DNA of 62,907 nt, filler included, from Chiloscyllium plagiosum (GCF_004010195.1; 3 parts of one record of this genome joined end to end with filler, not necessarily neighbours in it); one strand, 5' to 3'. Shown: positions 50,847 through 62,907, counted from the first letter of the whole stretch. Made by a program: numbers and translations. Notes: generated from the letters alone by a model not told the origin.

Positions 50847-53600
50847 GTCACAGAATCATAGAGATGCACAGCATGGAAACAGACCCTTTGATCCAACTGG
50901 TCCATGCCAACCAGATATCCCAACCCAATCTATTCCCATCTGGCCCATATCTGTCCAAACCCTTCCTAATCACATACCCATCCAGATGCCTTTTAAATCT
51001 TGCAATTGTACCAGCCTCCACCACTTCCTCTGGCAGCTCATTCCATACACGTACTACCCTCTGCGTGAGAAAGTTGCTCCTGAGGTCTCTTTTATATCTT
51101 TCCCCTCTCACCCTAAACCTATACCCTGTAGTTCTGGATTCTCCCACCCCAGACATTGTCTATTTATCCTACCCATGCCCCTCATGATTTTTTAAACCTC
51201 TATAAGGTCACCCCTCAGCCTGTAACACTCCAGGGAAAACAGCCCCAGCCTGTTCAGCCTCTCCCCGTAGCTCAAATCCTCCAACCCTGGCAACATCCTT
51301 GAAAATCTTTTCTGACCCCTTTCATGTTTCACAACATTTTTCCGATAGGAAGGAGACCAGAATTGCATGCAATATTCCAACAGTGCCCTAACCAATGTCC
51401 TGTATAGCCGCTACATGACCTCCCAACGCCTGTACTCAATACTCTGACCAATAAAGGAAAGCATACCAAACACCTTCTTCACTATCCTATCTACCTGCGA
51501 CTCCACTTTCAAGGAGCTATGAACCTGCACTCCGAGGTCTCTTTGTTATCTCTTATGCTCGCATCCAAATCATTTATATAAATGATGAAAAATAGTGGAC
51601 CCAGCACCGATCCTTGTGGCATCCACTGGTCACAGGCCTCCAGTCTGAAAAACAACCCTCCACTACCACCATCTGTCTTCTACCTTTGAGCCAGTTCTGT
51701 ATCCAAATGGCTAGCTCCCCTGTATTCTGTGAGATCTAACCTTGCTAATCAGTCTCCCATGGGGAACCTTGTCAAACGCCTTACTGAAATCTATATAGAT
51801 CACATCTACCGCTCTGCCCTCATCAATCCTCTTTGTTACTTCTTCAAAAAACTCAATCAAGTTTGTGAGACATGATTTCCCATGCACAAAGCCATGTTGA
51901 CTATCCCTAATCAATCCTTGCCTTTCCAAATACATTACATCCTGAGCCTCAGGATTCCCTCCAACAACTTACCCACCACTGATGTCTGGCTCACTAGTCT
52001 ATAGTTCCCTGGCTTGCCCTTACCGCCCTTCTTAAACAGTGGCACCAGGTTAGCCAACCTCCTGTCTTCCGGCACCTCACCTGTGACTATCGATGAGACA
52101 AATAACTCAGCAATGGGCCCAGCAATCACTTCTTTAGTATTCCACAGCGTTCTAGGTTACATATGATCAGGCCCTGGGGATTTATCCACTTTTATGTGTT
52201 TCAAAACATCCAGCACTTGCTCCTCTGTAATATGGACATTTTAAAAGATGTCACCATCTATTTCCCTACAGTCTATATCTTCTATATCCTTTTCCACAGT
52301 AAACACTGATGCAAAATACTCGTTTAGTATCTCTCCCATCTCATGCGGCTACACACAAAGGCCGCCTTGCTGATCTTTGAGAGGCCCTATTCTCTCCCGA
52401 ATTACCCTTTTGTCCTTAATGTATTTGTAAAAACCCTTTGGATTCTCCTTAACCCTATTTGCCAAAGTTATCTCATGTCCCCTTTTTGCCCTCCTGATTT
52501 CCCTCTTAAGTCTACTCCTACTGCCTTTATACTCTTCTAAGGATTTACTTGATCTATCCTGTCTATACCTGACATATGCTTCCTTCTTTTTCTTAACCAA
52601 ACCCTCAATTTCTTTAGTCATCCAGCTTTCCCTATACCTACCAGCCTTCCCTTTCACCCTGACAGGAATATACTGTCGCTAGACTCTCATTATCTCATTT
52701 CTGAAGGCTCTCCATTTTTCAGCCGTCCCTTTACCTGCAAACATCTGCCCCCAATCAGCTTTTGAACGTTCTTGAATGTCTTTCTCCTAATTACAACTTC
52801 AACTTTTAGATCTGGTCTATCCTTTTCCATCATTATTTTAAATCTAATACAATTATGGTCTCTGGCCCCAAGTGCTCCCCCACTGACACCTCATTCACCT
52901 GCCCTGCCTTATTTCCCAAGAGTAGGTCAAGTTTTGTACCTTCTCTAGTAGGTACATCCACATACTGAATCAGAAAATTGTCTTGTACACACATAACAAA
53001 TTCCTTTCCATCTAAACCCTTAACACTATGGCAGTTCCAGCATATGTTTGGAAAGTTAAAATCCCATACCATAACTACCCTATTATTCTTACAGGTGACT
53101 GAGACATCCTTACAAAATTTGTTTCTCAATTTCCCTCTGACTAATAGGGGGGGTCTATAATACAATTCCAGTAAGGTGATCATCCCTTTCTTATTTCTCA
53201 GTTCCACCCAAATAACTTCCCTGGATGTATTTCCAGGAATATCCTACCTCAGCACAGCTGTAATGCTATCTCTTATCAAAAATGCCACTCCGCCTCCTCT
53301 CATGCCTCCCTATCTATCCTTCCTGTAGCATTTGTATCCTGGAACATTAAGCTGCTAGTCCTGTCCATCTCTGAGCCATGTTTCTGTAACTGCTATGTCC
53401 CAGTTCCATGTTCCAAACCATGCCCTGAGCTCATCTAACTTCCCTGTTGGGCCTCTTGCATTGAAATAAATGCAGTTTAATTTATCAGTCCTATCTGGTT
53501 CTCTGCTTTGTCCCTGCCTGCCCTGACTATTTAACTCACTTCTGTTCTCAACTGTACCAGTCTCAGATCCATCTCTTTCCTCACTATCTCCCTGGGTCCC
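50847..53600 (-). mobile_element. Near full-ORF2 CR1 (HER1-like) LINE, internally deleted and frameshifted
   Basis: APE (YYRPP, DFNFP, LDLLL), linker (WMTKEI), RT (NYRLVS, QHGF, DFSKAFDKVPH) and the C-terminus occur in order. Confidence 0.92.
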
Positions 53601-53647
53601 TGGTTTTCAATTTTCCAATGCACTCTGGGACTGCCATCTCGTCGTAT

Positions 53648-53958
53648 GATTAGATTCCCTACAGTGTGGAAACAGGCCCTACAGCCCAACAAGTCCACAC
53701 TGACCCCCTGAAGAGTAACCCACCCAGACTCATTTCCCTCTGACTAATGCACCCAACACTACGGGCAATTTAGCATGGCCAATTCACCTGACTTGCACAT
53801 CTTTGGACTGTGGGAGGAAACCGGAGCACCCAGAGGAAGCCCATGCAGACATGGGGAGAATGTGCAAACTCCACACAGACAGTCGCCCGAGGCTGGAATC
53901 AAACTTGGGTCCCTGGTGCTGTGAGGTAGCAGTGCTAACCACTGAGCCACCATGTCGC
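53648..53958 (-). mobile_element. HE1-type V-SINE, full length
   Basis: Same structure as the other copies. Confidence 0.9.
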
Positions 53959-53964
53959 CAATGT

Positions 53965-54203
53965 CAAGATATTATAGAGTTGGAGGCAGATACTACGCAG
54001 TTATGAGAAAGGGGGGGCTTAGAGTTGTAAATTGTTGTTTAACGTTCACTTTTTTCGTTAAAAAGTAATATGATGTTATTTTCTTTAAATGATGGAATTT
54101 GGGAGTTCTCTGTCACTCATATTTTAACAGATTATAGGGCGAGGTGAGCTTTTCTGGTAGTTTGGTTTAATTAACAGAAGGGTTCACCCTTTGTGCCGTA
54201 GCA
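53965..54203 (+). mobile_element. 3' fragment of the same LTR family
   Basis: Matches ~57075-57310 and ends tgccgtagca. Confidence 0.7.
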
Positions 54204-54371
54204 ATTGACTTTATTTAAGTTTGACATTCTTGTTTGGGATTGGACAATCTCACTTTCAAACTTAGTGTGGAGATTGATTGTATTTTGATCACTATTTCCC
54301 AGATGATCTTTTACTGTTAGATTTCCAATTAAACTTGCCTCAGTGTACAATACCATATCTAAAATAACATA

Positions 54372-54980
54372 GACAGTGCATTGAGTATAGGGGCTGGGAT
54401 GTCATGTTGCAGCTGTACAGGACGTTGTTTAAGCCACTTTTGGAATACTGCGTTCAATTCTGGTCTCCCTGCTATAGGAAGGATGTTGTAAAACTTGAAA
54501 GGGTTCAGAACAGATTTACAAGGATGTTGCCAGGATTGGAGGGTTTGAAATATAGCGAAAAGCTGAATAGGCTTGGGCTATTTTCCCTGGTGTGTTGGAA
54601 GCTGAGGAGTGATCTGAAAGAGGTTTGTGAAATCATGAGGGGCATGGATAGGGTGAATTGTCAAGGTCTTTTCCCCAGGGTAGGGGAGTCCAAAATGAGA
54701 AGGCATAGGTATAAGGTGAAAGGGTAACGATTTAAAAGGGACGTGAGGGGCAATGTTTTCATGCAAACGGAGGTGCGTGTATGGAGTGAGCTGTCAGAGA
54801 TGGTGGTAGAGGTGAGTACAATTACAACATTTAAACGACATTTGGACAGGTGCATGGATAGAAAAGGATTAGAGGGCCAAATGCAGACAAATGGGATCAA
54901 GTTCAGTTTAGGAAACCTGGTCAGCATGGACATGTTGGGCTGAAGGGTCTGTTTCTATGCTGTACGACAGTATGACTCTG
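54372..54980 (+). mobile_element. CR1 3' end
   Basis: [21 protein letters not shown]...; tail gggtctgtttctatgctgta. Confidence 0.88.
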
Positions 54981-55384
54981 AGGACACCAAAGGTACACAC
55001 AGTATGCAAAATGTTGCCTTGCCAATGTCCTTTATAACTGAATATTACCACTCTTATTTTTATATTCAGTTCTTCTCAGAATAAAGGATAGCATCCAATT
55101 AACTTTCCTGATTATGTGCTGTACTTGCATTCTAACGTTTCATCACCCATGCACTCAAATCACTTTGGATCTCAGATTTCCCCAGTCATTCTCCATTCTT
55201 CCTGCTAATATTCACAATTTCCCCACATTATGCTGTGTCTGCCAGATGTTTGGCCACTTCCTCAATTTATCTCTAACTGTCTGTGAACTTCATACGTATT
55301 CCTCAAAACAAACTTTCCTATCTATCTGGTGTTACCTGTGAATTCAGACCAAGCCTTCACTTCCCTCACCTAAGCACTGATATA

Positions 55385-55820
55385 AAGAACAAAGAACAAA
55401 GAAAATTACAGCACAGCCCTCCAAGCCTGCACCGATCCAGATTCTCTATCTAAACCTGTCGCCTATTTTCACAGGGCCTGTGTCCCTCTGCCCCATGCCC
55501 ATTCATCCATCTGTCTAGATACATCTTAACTGACACAACCGTGCCCGCCTCTACCACCTCCACTAGCAAAATGTTCCAGGCACCCACCACCCTCCGCATA
55601 AAGAATTTTCCATGTATATCTCCTTTAAACTTATCCCCTCTCACTTTGAACTTGTGACCCTTAGTAATTGAACCTCCTACTCTGGGAAAAAGCTTCTTGT
55701 TATCCACTCTGTGTATACCTCTCATGATTTTCCAGACCTCAATGAGGTCCCCCCTTCGACCTTCATCTTTCTAATGAAAACCCAATCCTTAACTACTCAA
55801 CCTGTCTTCATAGCTAGCAC
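55385..55820 (-). mobile_element. CR1 3' end (different subfamily)
   Basis: (aaagaac)n tail on the + strand. ORF 55450-55725 encodes a CR1 C-terminus. Confidence 0.85.
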
Positions 55821-56094
55821 AGCAAACGAACTTACAACTTTATGACTCTAAATATACATCATAAAGGATTGTAGCCCAAGCATAGACAGCTGTAAGACTT
55901 CATTGTTACATCATGTGAATCAGATACAGACCCATTCATGCCTACTCTCTGTTTTCTGCCAGCCAGCCAGCCATGCTGATGCATTGACCCCTATACAATG
56001 AGCTTTTTGTCTTAATATATTGCCCTTAATGTATTGCCTTTTAAATATTGCTCATTGTGTCTCCATCAATCTATCCTCTAGTCTATAATCCTAG

Positions 56095-56271
56095 GCAAAA
56101 GTGAGGACTGCAGATGCTGGAAACCAGAGTTTAGATCAGAGTGGTGCTGGAAAAGCACAGCAGGTCAGGCAGCATCTGAGGAGCAGGAAAATTGATGCCC
56201 GAAACATCGATTTTCCTGCTCCTCGGATGCTGCCTGACCTGCTGTGTTTTTCCAGCACCACTCTAATCTAA
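56095..56271. mobile_element. Fold-back mini Penelope insertion
   Basis: 13-bp TSD tctataatcctag at 56082-56094 and 56272-56284. Inverted arms of ~65 bp are joined by the loop cccgaaa, which is part of the hammerhead core. Confidence 0.85.
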
Positions 56272-56553
56272 TCTATAATCCTAGTTCATTTTAACTAGCT
56301 CAGCTTTCATCTGACCCTTGTTTAAGTTCTAAATGCAAATCTGAGATCCATTTTTCTCCCTTTCCAACTGGCTATAAAATTCTGCTATACTGTGGTTGCC
56401 ACTTTGAGGTGTACTTTTAATCTGAGGCCTTTAATTAATCAAGTCACTGTACACGATACCAAGTTCAATATAACATGCTCTTGGAAGACTCCAGATTGCT
56501 GTTTCAAGAAACAATGTTGAAAAAACTAAAATCTATTATAAAGAGTGTGATTA

Positions 56554-56867
56554 TATTATGAAATTGAGGTGTGTATTGTACATTTAAGAGAAAGTGAAGG
56601 CTGTTTTGACAGTTTGCAGACGCCTGTCATCTGACTGACTAGCAGTCTCAGGGTGTATTAGAAAATTGAAAATATGCAACATTTGGCTGCTATGTTCCAA
56701 ACAGTTCAAATTTAACCAATCAGTTTAAATTATGCCTCAGGATACTAAAACCCAATCAAATTTGAATTTTACTATTTTGACAACATCAAACCTATGGGAC
56801 AATCTGGTTTGGGGTATAAAAAAAAAGCAGATAGTTAGCCAGAGAGAAAAAGTGACAAACTGTCACC

Positions 56868-56906
<39 letters not shown>

Positions 56907-57310
56907 TGCCATTAAAAACACTCTCTATCAAAGGTACCTTTCTCATATGAAAGACCGAAGACGACCCAAGGAGATCTACAGTCAGAGGAAAACAAATACC
57001 GACGATGATAGCTGCAGACTGGTTTTGAAAATTAAATTGATGTACTTTTAAGAGGGACTTTTATTGGATCAATATATTGTTATAGACTTGGAGGTAGACA
57101 ACAGATCTTTAAGAGAAAGAAGGCATAGAGTTGTAAATAGTTATTGTTTAATGTTCAATTTTAGAGTTAAAGGATAAAATTGATATTTTTCTTTAAATAG
57201 TGGAGTTAAGGAGTTCTCTGTCACTCATAACTTAACAGATTATGAGGTGAGATGAGTTTTTCTGGATGTTTGGTTTAATTAGCAGAAGGGTTCACCACTG
57301 TGTCGTAACA
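56554..57310 (+). mobile_element. Solo LTR, 757 bp, related to 47487-48211; contains (AG)n at ~56870-56903
   Basis: tAttatga...tcgtaaca termini; TSD ATTA at 56550-56553 and 57311-57314. Shares caatcagtttaaattatgcc, a TATA box and 3' blocks with the other LTR. Confidence 0.82.
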
Positions 57311-57314
57311 ATTA

Positions 57315-58312
57315 TCACAGAGTCATAGAGATGTACAGCACAGAAACAGACCCTTCGGTCCAACTCGTCCATGCAGACTAGATATCCCAACCTAATCTAG
57401 TCACACCTGCCAGCAACCAGCCCATATCCCTCCAAACTCTTCCTATTCATATACCCATCCAGATGCCATTTAAATGCTGCAATTGTACCAGCCTCAACCA
57501 CTTCCTCTGGCAGCTCATTCCATACACATACCACCTTTTGTGTGGAGAAGTTGTCCCTTAGGTCTCTTTTTATTTTTCCCCTCTCACCCTAAACCTATGC
57601 CCTCTAGTTCTGGACTCCCCGACCCCTGGGAAAATATTTTGCCTATTTACCCTATACGTGCTCCTCATAATTTTGTAAACCTCTATAAGGTCACCCCTCA
57701 ACCTCCGACGCTCCAGGGAAAAACAGCCCTAGCCTATTCAACTTCTCCCTATAGTTTAAATCTTCCAACCCTGGCAACATCCTTGTAAATCTTTTCTGAA
57801 CCCTTTCAAGTTTCACAACATCCTTCCGATAGGAAGGAGATCAGAACTGCACGCAATATTCCAACTGTGGCCTAACCAATGTCCTGTACAGCCGCAACAT
57901 GACGTCCCAACTCCTGTACTCAATACTCTGATCAATAAAAGAAAGCATACCAAATGCCTTCTTCACTAGAGTTAAAAGGTGTGGTGCTGGAAAAACACAG
58001 CAGGCCAGGCAGCATCTGAGGAGCAGGAGAATTGACGTTTCGGGCATAAGCCCTTCTTCACTATCCTTTCTACCTGCGACTCCACTTTCAAGGAGCTATG
58101 AACCTGCACTCCAGGTTCTTTTTGTTTAGCAACACTCCCTAGGACCGTACCATTAAGTGTGTAAATCCTGCTAAGATTTGCTTTCCCAAAATTTGCTTTC
58201 ACATTTATCAGAATTAAACTCCATCTGCCACTTCTCAGCCCATTGGCCCATCTGATCAAGATCCTGTTGTAATCTGAGGTAACCCTCTTCGCTGTCCACT
58301 ATACCTTCAATT
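57315..58312 (-). mobile_element. CR1 3' part, with a mini Penelope insertion at 57969-58051
   Basis: CR1 C-terminal ORFs. Insert TSD ccttcttcacta at 57957-57968 and 58052-58063. Confidence 0.88.
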
Positions 58313-60598
58313 TAATTGGGGAAAAGGAAATTATGACGTTATCAGACAGGGTTTGGGAAGTACAGACTTGGAGCAATTGTCCCACAGAAAGGGCACAGCA
58401 GACATGTGGAGTCTATTTAAGGAGCAGTTGTTGCGAGTCATACATGAATTTGTTCCTCTGAGACAGGTAAGAAGAGGTAAGATTAAGGAACCTTGGATGA
58501 CGAGAACAGAGGAGCTTCTCATCAAAAGGAAGAAGGCAACTTACGTAAAGTGGAGGAAGCAAGGATCTAGCACAGCTTTAGAGGATTACAGTCTTACTAG
58601 AAAGGAGCTCAAAAATGGAGTGAGGAGAGCCAGGATGGGGCACGAAAAAGGCTTGGCAGGAAGAATTAGGGAGAACCCAAGGCATTTTACTCATACGTGA
58701 GGAATACGAGAATGAACAGGGAAAAAGTAAGAGGTAAAAACAATGACTGCAGATGCTGGAAACCAGATTCTGGATTAGTGGTGCTGGAAGAGCACAGCAG
58801 TTCAGGCAGCATCCAAGGAGCAGTGAAATCGACGTTTCGGGCAAAAGCCCTTCATCAGGAATGGGGCCAGTCAGAGATGGCGGAGGGAACTTGTGCATGG
58901 AGTCTGAGCAGATAGGTGAAGCCCTAAAAGAGATTTTTTGCTTCGGTTTTCATGAAGGAAAGGGACCTTGTTGTGAATGAGAACTTCGAGGAGCTGGGAA
59001 ACAGGCTTGACCAGATCAAGATTGATGAAGTTCATGGACTGGAAACTGTGGCAAACATTAAGATTGATAAGTCCCCAGGGATTTATCCTAGGTTGCTCCG
59101 GGAAGTGAGAAAGGAGGTTGCTAAGCTGCTGGCGAGGATATTTGCCTCCTCACTCTCCACAGGAATCATACCGGAGGATTGGAAAGAGGGTTTTTATTAA
59201 AGGGTCTGGCAATTACAGACCAGTCAGTCTTACATTTGTGGTCAGCAAAGTTTTGGAAAGAAGTCTGAGGGATAGGATTTATGACTACTTGACAAAGCAT
59301 AACATGATTAAAGGCAGTCAGCATGGTTTTGTGAGGGGCAGGTCATGCCTCACAAATCTTATTGAGTTCTTTGAGGAGGAAACAAGATAGGTCGATGACG
59401 GTCGCGCAGTGGATGTCGTGTACATAGACTTCAGCAAGGCATTTGATAAAGTTCCTTATGTTAGGCTCATTCATAAAGTCAGGACGTATGGGATATAGGG
59501 AATTGGAAGGATCGAGAATTGGCTGGCTGAGAGACGGCAGACTGTGGCTGTAGATGGAAAGTATTCTGCCTGGAGGTCAGTGTTGAGTGGGGTCCTGCAG
59601 AGCTCTGTTCTTGGGCCTCTGCTTTTTGTAGTTTTTATAAATGACTTGGATGAGGAGGTTGAGGGGTGGGTTAGTAAGTTTGCAGATGACACTAAGGTAG
59701 GAGGTGTCGTCGATAGTATAGAGGGCTATTGCAGGCTGCAGCGCGACATGGATAGGATGCAGAGCTGGGCTGAGAAATGGCAGATGGAGTTCAACCTGGA
59801 TAAATGTGAAGTGATGCATTTTGGAAGGTTGAACTCGAATGCTGAATATAGGCTTAAAGACAGGATTCTTGGCAGTGTGGAAGAACAGAGGGATCTGGGT
59901 GTGCAAGTACATAGATCCCTCAAAATTGCCACCCAAGTGGATAGAGTTGTTAAGAAAGCATATGGTATTCCGGCTTTCATTAACAGGGGGATCGAGTTTA
60001 AGAGCCGCAAGGTTTTGCTACAGCTCTACAAGTCTTTGGTGTGACCACACTTGGAATATTGTGTCCAGTTCTAGTCACCCTACTATAGGAAAGATATAGA
60101 GGCTTTGGAGAGGGTGCAAAGAAAGTTTACCAGGATGTTGCCTGGACTGGAGGGCTTGCTTTATGAAGAAAGGTTGAATAAGCTCGGACATTTCTCTCTG
60201 GAGAGAAGGAGGAAGAAAGGAGACTTGATCGAGGTATACAAAATGATGTGAGGAAGAGGTAGAACCAATAGCCAGAGACTTTTCCCCAGGGCAAGATTGA
60301 CTGGTATGAGGGGTTGTAGTTTTAAGATATTAAGAGAAAAGTATAGAGGAGACGTCAGAGGTAGGTTCTTTATGCAGAGAGTTGTGAATGCATGGAATGC
60401 ATTACCAGTGGTGGTGGTGGAAGCAGAGTCATTAGGGAGATTTAGGTGACTGCTGGATATGCACATGGATAGAGGTGAGTTGAGAGGTGCGTAGGTTAAA
60501 TTATTATATTTTACGTAAGAATTAAACCTCGGCACAACATCGTGGGCCAAAGGCATTGTTTTGTGTTGCGCTTTTCTATGTTCTATGTTCTGTGTTCT
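58313..60598 (+). mobile_element. CR1 LINE ORF2 (linker, RT and 3' end), 5'-truncated
   Basis: PWMT, NYRPVSLT, QHGFVRGRSCLTNL and FADDTK motifs; (ttctatg)n tail. Penelope insert at ~58731-58862. Confidence 0.92.
58827..58862 (-). ncRNA. Candidate minimal type I hammerhead ribozyme in a Penelope pLTR fragment
   Basis: AUUC-CUGAUGA-AGGGC-UUUU-GCCC-GAAAC-GUC^GAUU: intact core, stem II, palindromic ACGU stem III and a GUC cleavage triplet. Stem I is weak. Confidence 0.55.
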
Positions 60599-60599
60599 A

Positions 60600-61410
60600 A
60601 CTGCAGCAGTTTCAGATTGATCTCTTTCCTCACTATCTCCCTGGGTCCCACCACCACCTTACTAGTTTAAATCCTCCTGAACAACTCTAGCAAATCTCCC
60701 TGCTAGTATATTAGTCCCTTTCCATTTCAGGTGCAATCTGTCCTTCTTGTACAGGTCACTTCTACCCTAGAAGAGATTCCAATGATCCAAAAATGTGAAT
60801 CCTTCTCCCATGCACCAGCTCCTCAGCCATGCATTCAATTGCTCTATCCTCCTATTCCTACCCAGGTGTTACTACTCTCGAGGACCTCCTTTTTAAATTT
60901 CTGCCTAACTCTCTGTAATCTCCCTTCAGACTCTCAACCTTTCCCCTTCCTATGTCATTGGTTCCAATGTGTACAATGATCTCTTGCTGGGCCCTCTCCC
61001 CCTTGAGAACATTCTGCACCCTCTCTGAGACATCCTTGATCCTGGCACCTGGGAGGCAACACATGGTGCTGCTTTTTCACTGCTGGCCACAGAAACGTCT
61101 GTCTATGCCTCGGACTAGAGAGTCCCCTAACACAATTGATTGCTTGGAACCCGACGTACCTCTCATTGCATCAGAGCCAATCTCAATACCAGAAACTTGG
61201 CTGTTCATGCTACGTTCCCCTGAGAATCCATCACCCCCTACATTTTCCAAAACAACACACCTGTTTGAAATGGGGATAGCCACAGAAGACTCCTACACTA
61301 CCTGCCTACCTCTCTTACCTATCCTGGACGTAACCCATCTAAGTAACTGTATCTGCAACTTTTCTCTCTTCCTATAACTGCCATCCATCACATCCTCTTG
61401 CTCTCGTAAA
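60600..61410 (-). mobile_element. CR1 ORF1 region (SGNH/esterase domain)
   Basis: SIVLGDSLVRG, CLPGARI and IVHIGTNDIG are CR1 ORF1 esterase motifs. Confidence 0.88.
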
Positions 61411-61563
61411 TTATTTAGAAAATAAAAGTCTGTTGGCTTAGAGCTAATTTTTTTTAAAATCAAAAATCATGCGAGATAACCATGATCATGTTTTGAGGAT
61501 GTTACGAGCAGAGATGATAAGGGGAACCAGTGGATGCCGATTATCAGGAAGAATTTGACAATA

Positions 61564-61782
61564 CTGTCAGTTCTGATATAATGTGATAGCTTTCTTCTCC
61601 TGCGATCCCACGTTATAAGAAAACCATGCAATAGCCCCATCATTTAAACTAATGGGGCCAGAATTGTGTTATAGCCAATACAGGTAAGGGAAGGTTACAC
61701 TCTACAAACAACTCTCTAAATGCTTCTATTGCGTTAAAACCAATTCGCGTTGAGGAAACACGCGTTATAGCAGAACTGACTA
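61564..61782. mobile_element. Tc1/mariner (pogo/Tigger-like) MITE
   Basis: 22-bp TIRs (ctgtcagttctgatataatgtg versus RC tagtcagttctgctataacgcg, 17/22 identical) with TA on both flanks. Sits inside an old CR1 fragment (~61480-62400). Confidence 0.75.
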
Positions 61783-62569
61783 TAAACCACATAAGAGCTC
61801 GTAAACTAAGTTAAAGTGTGTTGGATTGGGGCACTATTGTAACATGAACTGAGAATTGGTGAGCAGACAAAAAGCTGGGAGTAGGAATAAATGGAAATTC
61901 TCAGGTTGGCAAGTTGTAACCTGTGGAGTATGATGAAGGTCAGTGTTAATGACAATCTATAATCAGCGATTTAGATGTGGGGCCCAATCGTAATATTTCC
62001 AAGTTTGCAGATGATGCAGAATGTGAGTTGTAAGGAGAGTGTGAAGAAGCTTCAAGTGGACTTGGACAATCTGAGGGAATGGGCAAGAACATGGCAGATG
62101 TGGCAGAAGTGTGAGGTTATCCTCTTAGGTAGGAGCTTGGTGCAGAGTAATTCTTAAAGATGAGAGATTGGAAAGTGTTGACTTTGTTCATAAGTCACGA
62201 AAGCTAAATGCAAGTGCAGCAAATCATTTCAAAGACAGCATGTCTATCCATCTTATCACAAGAGGATTTGAATACTGGAGCAAGGAACTTTATCTTCAGT
62301 TGTGCAGAGTAAAGGTGAAATCATACTTTAGATGCGGTTCTAGAGCCCTTGCCTGAGATGGAATACACTTGCAAGAGAAAGAGTGCAGCAGAGGTTCAAC
62401 AGACCCTGATGCTGAATCTATGTCCCCTGGTTATAGACCTTACAAGCAGGGCTGGAAAACATCTCTCCCTGTATCTAGTCTGAGACAATTATGTGTTTCA
62501 ATGTGAGTTCTCTCTCATCCTTCTAAACATGAGTGAATACAGGCCTGGTCAAACCAATCTCTCCTCATC

Positions 62570-62907
62570 GAGGTAAAAACAATGACTGCAGATGCTGGAC
62601 ACCAGATTCTGGATTAGTGGTGCTGGAAGAGCACAGCAGTTCAGGCAGCATCCAAGGAGCAGCGAAATCGACATTTCAGGCAAAAGCCCTTCATCAGGAA
62701 TAAAGGCAGAGAGCCTGAAGCATGGAGGGATAAGCTAGAGGTGCGGGATGTGGAGGGCATCTTTAACCACGTGGGAAGGGAAATTGCGGTCTCTAAAGAA
62801 GGAGGCCATCTGGTGTGTTCTGTGGTGGAACTGGTCCTCCTGGGAGCAGATACGGCAGAGGCGGAGGAATTGGGAATACGGGATGGCATTTTTGCAAGAG
62901 GTAGGGT
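62570..62907 (-). mobile_element. Penelope-like element, internally deleted, running off the window end
   Basis: The minus strand encodes KNAIPYSQFLRLCRICSQEDQF (Penelope RT thumb), joined to a pLTR with cctgatgaagggcttttgcctgaaa. Confidence 0.85.

Noticed and set aside
60858..61283. Host or horizontally acquired GDSL/SGNH esterase gene
   Set aside because: This is the standard CR1 ORF1 esterase domain, frameshifted and contiguous with CR1 sequence.
57315..61410. Single twin-primed inverted LINE
   Set aside because: The opposed segments overlap in ORF2 coverage and have different subfamily tails, so independent insertions are the simpler explanation.

Overview
This is vertebrate genomic DNA, almost certainly from a shark or ray: it carries HE1-type V-SINEs paired with CR1/HER1-type LINEs, a DeuSINE and Penelope elements. 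It comes from a gapped assembly. The only host coding sequence I can support is two divergently oriented MAL-like (MARVEL tetraspan proteolipid) genes. Gene A is on the minus strand (exons 18695-18862, 14145-14264, 10807-10884) and gene B on the plus strand (35540-35707, 36666-36788, 43244-43321). Each has intact phase-0 GT-AG exons 2-4, but I could not find exon 1 for either. Between them lies a ~9 kb G-rich 23-bp minisatellite containing a near-perfect 206-bp higher-order repeat, plus several N gaps. The rest is nested transposon debris: CR1, Rex/Babar and L2-like LINEs, three SINE families, solo LTRs with 4-bp TSDs, a TA-flanked MITE, and many very short Penelope-derived insertions that begin or fold back at minimal hammerhead-ribozyme motifs. 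Nearly all ORFs in the supplied track are TE remnants or satellite artefacts. I see no clearly novel biological system. The best leads are the MAL pair with its missing first exons, the intervening satellite, and the hammerhead-bounded mini-Penelope insertions.
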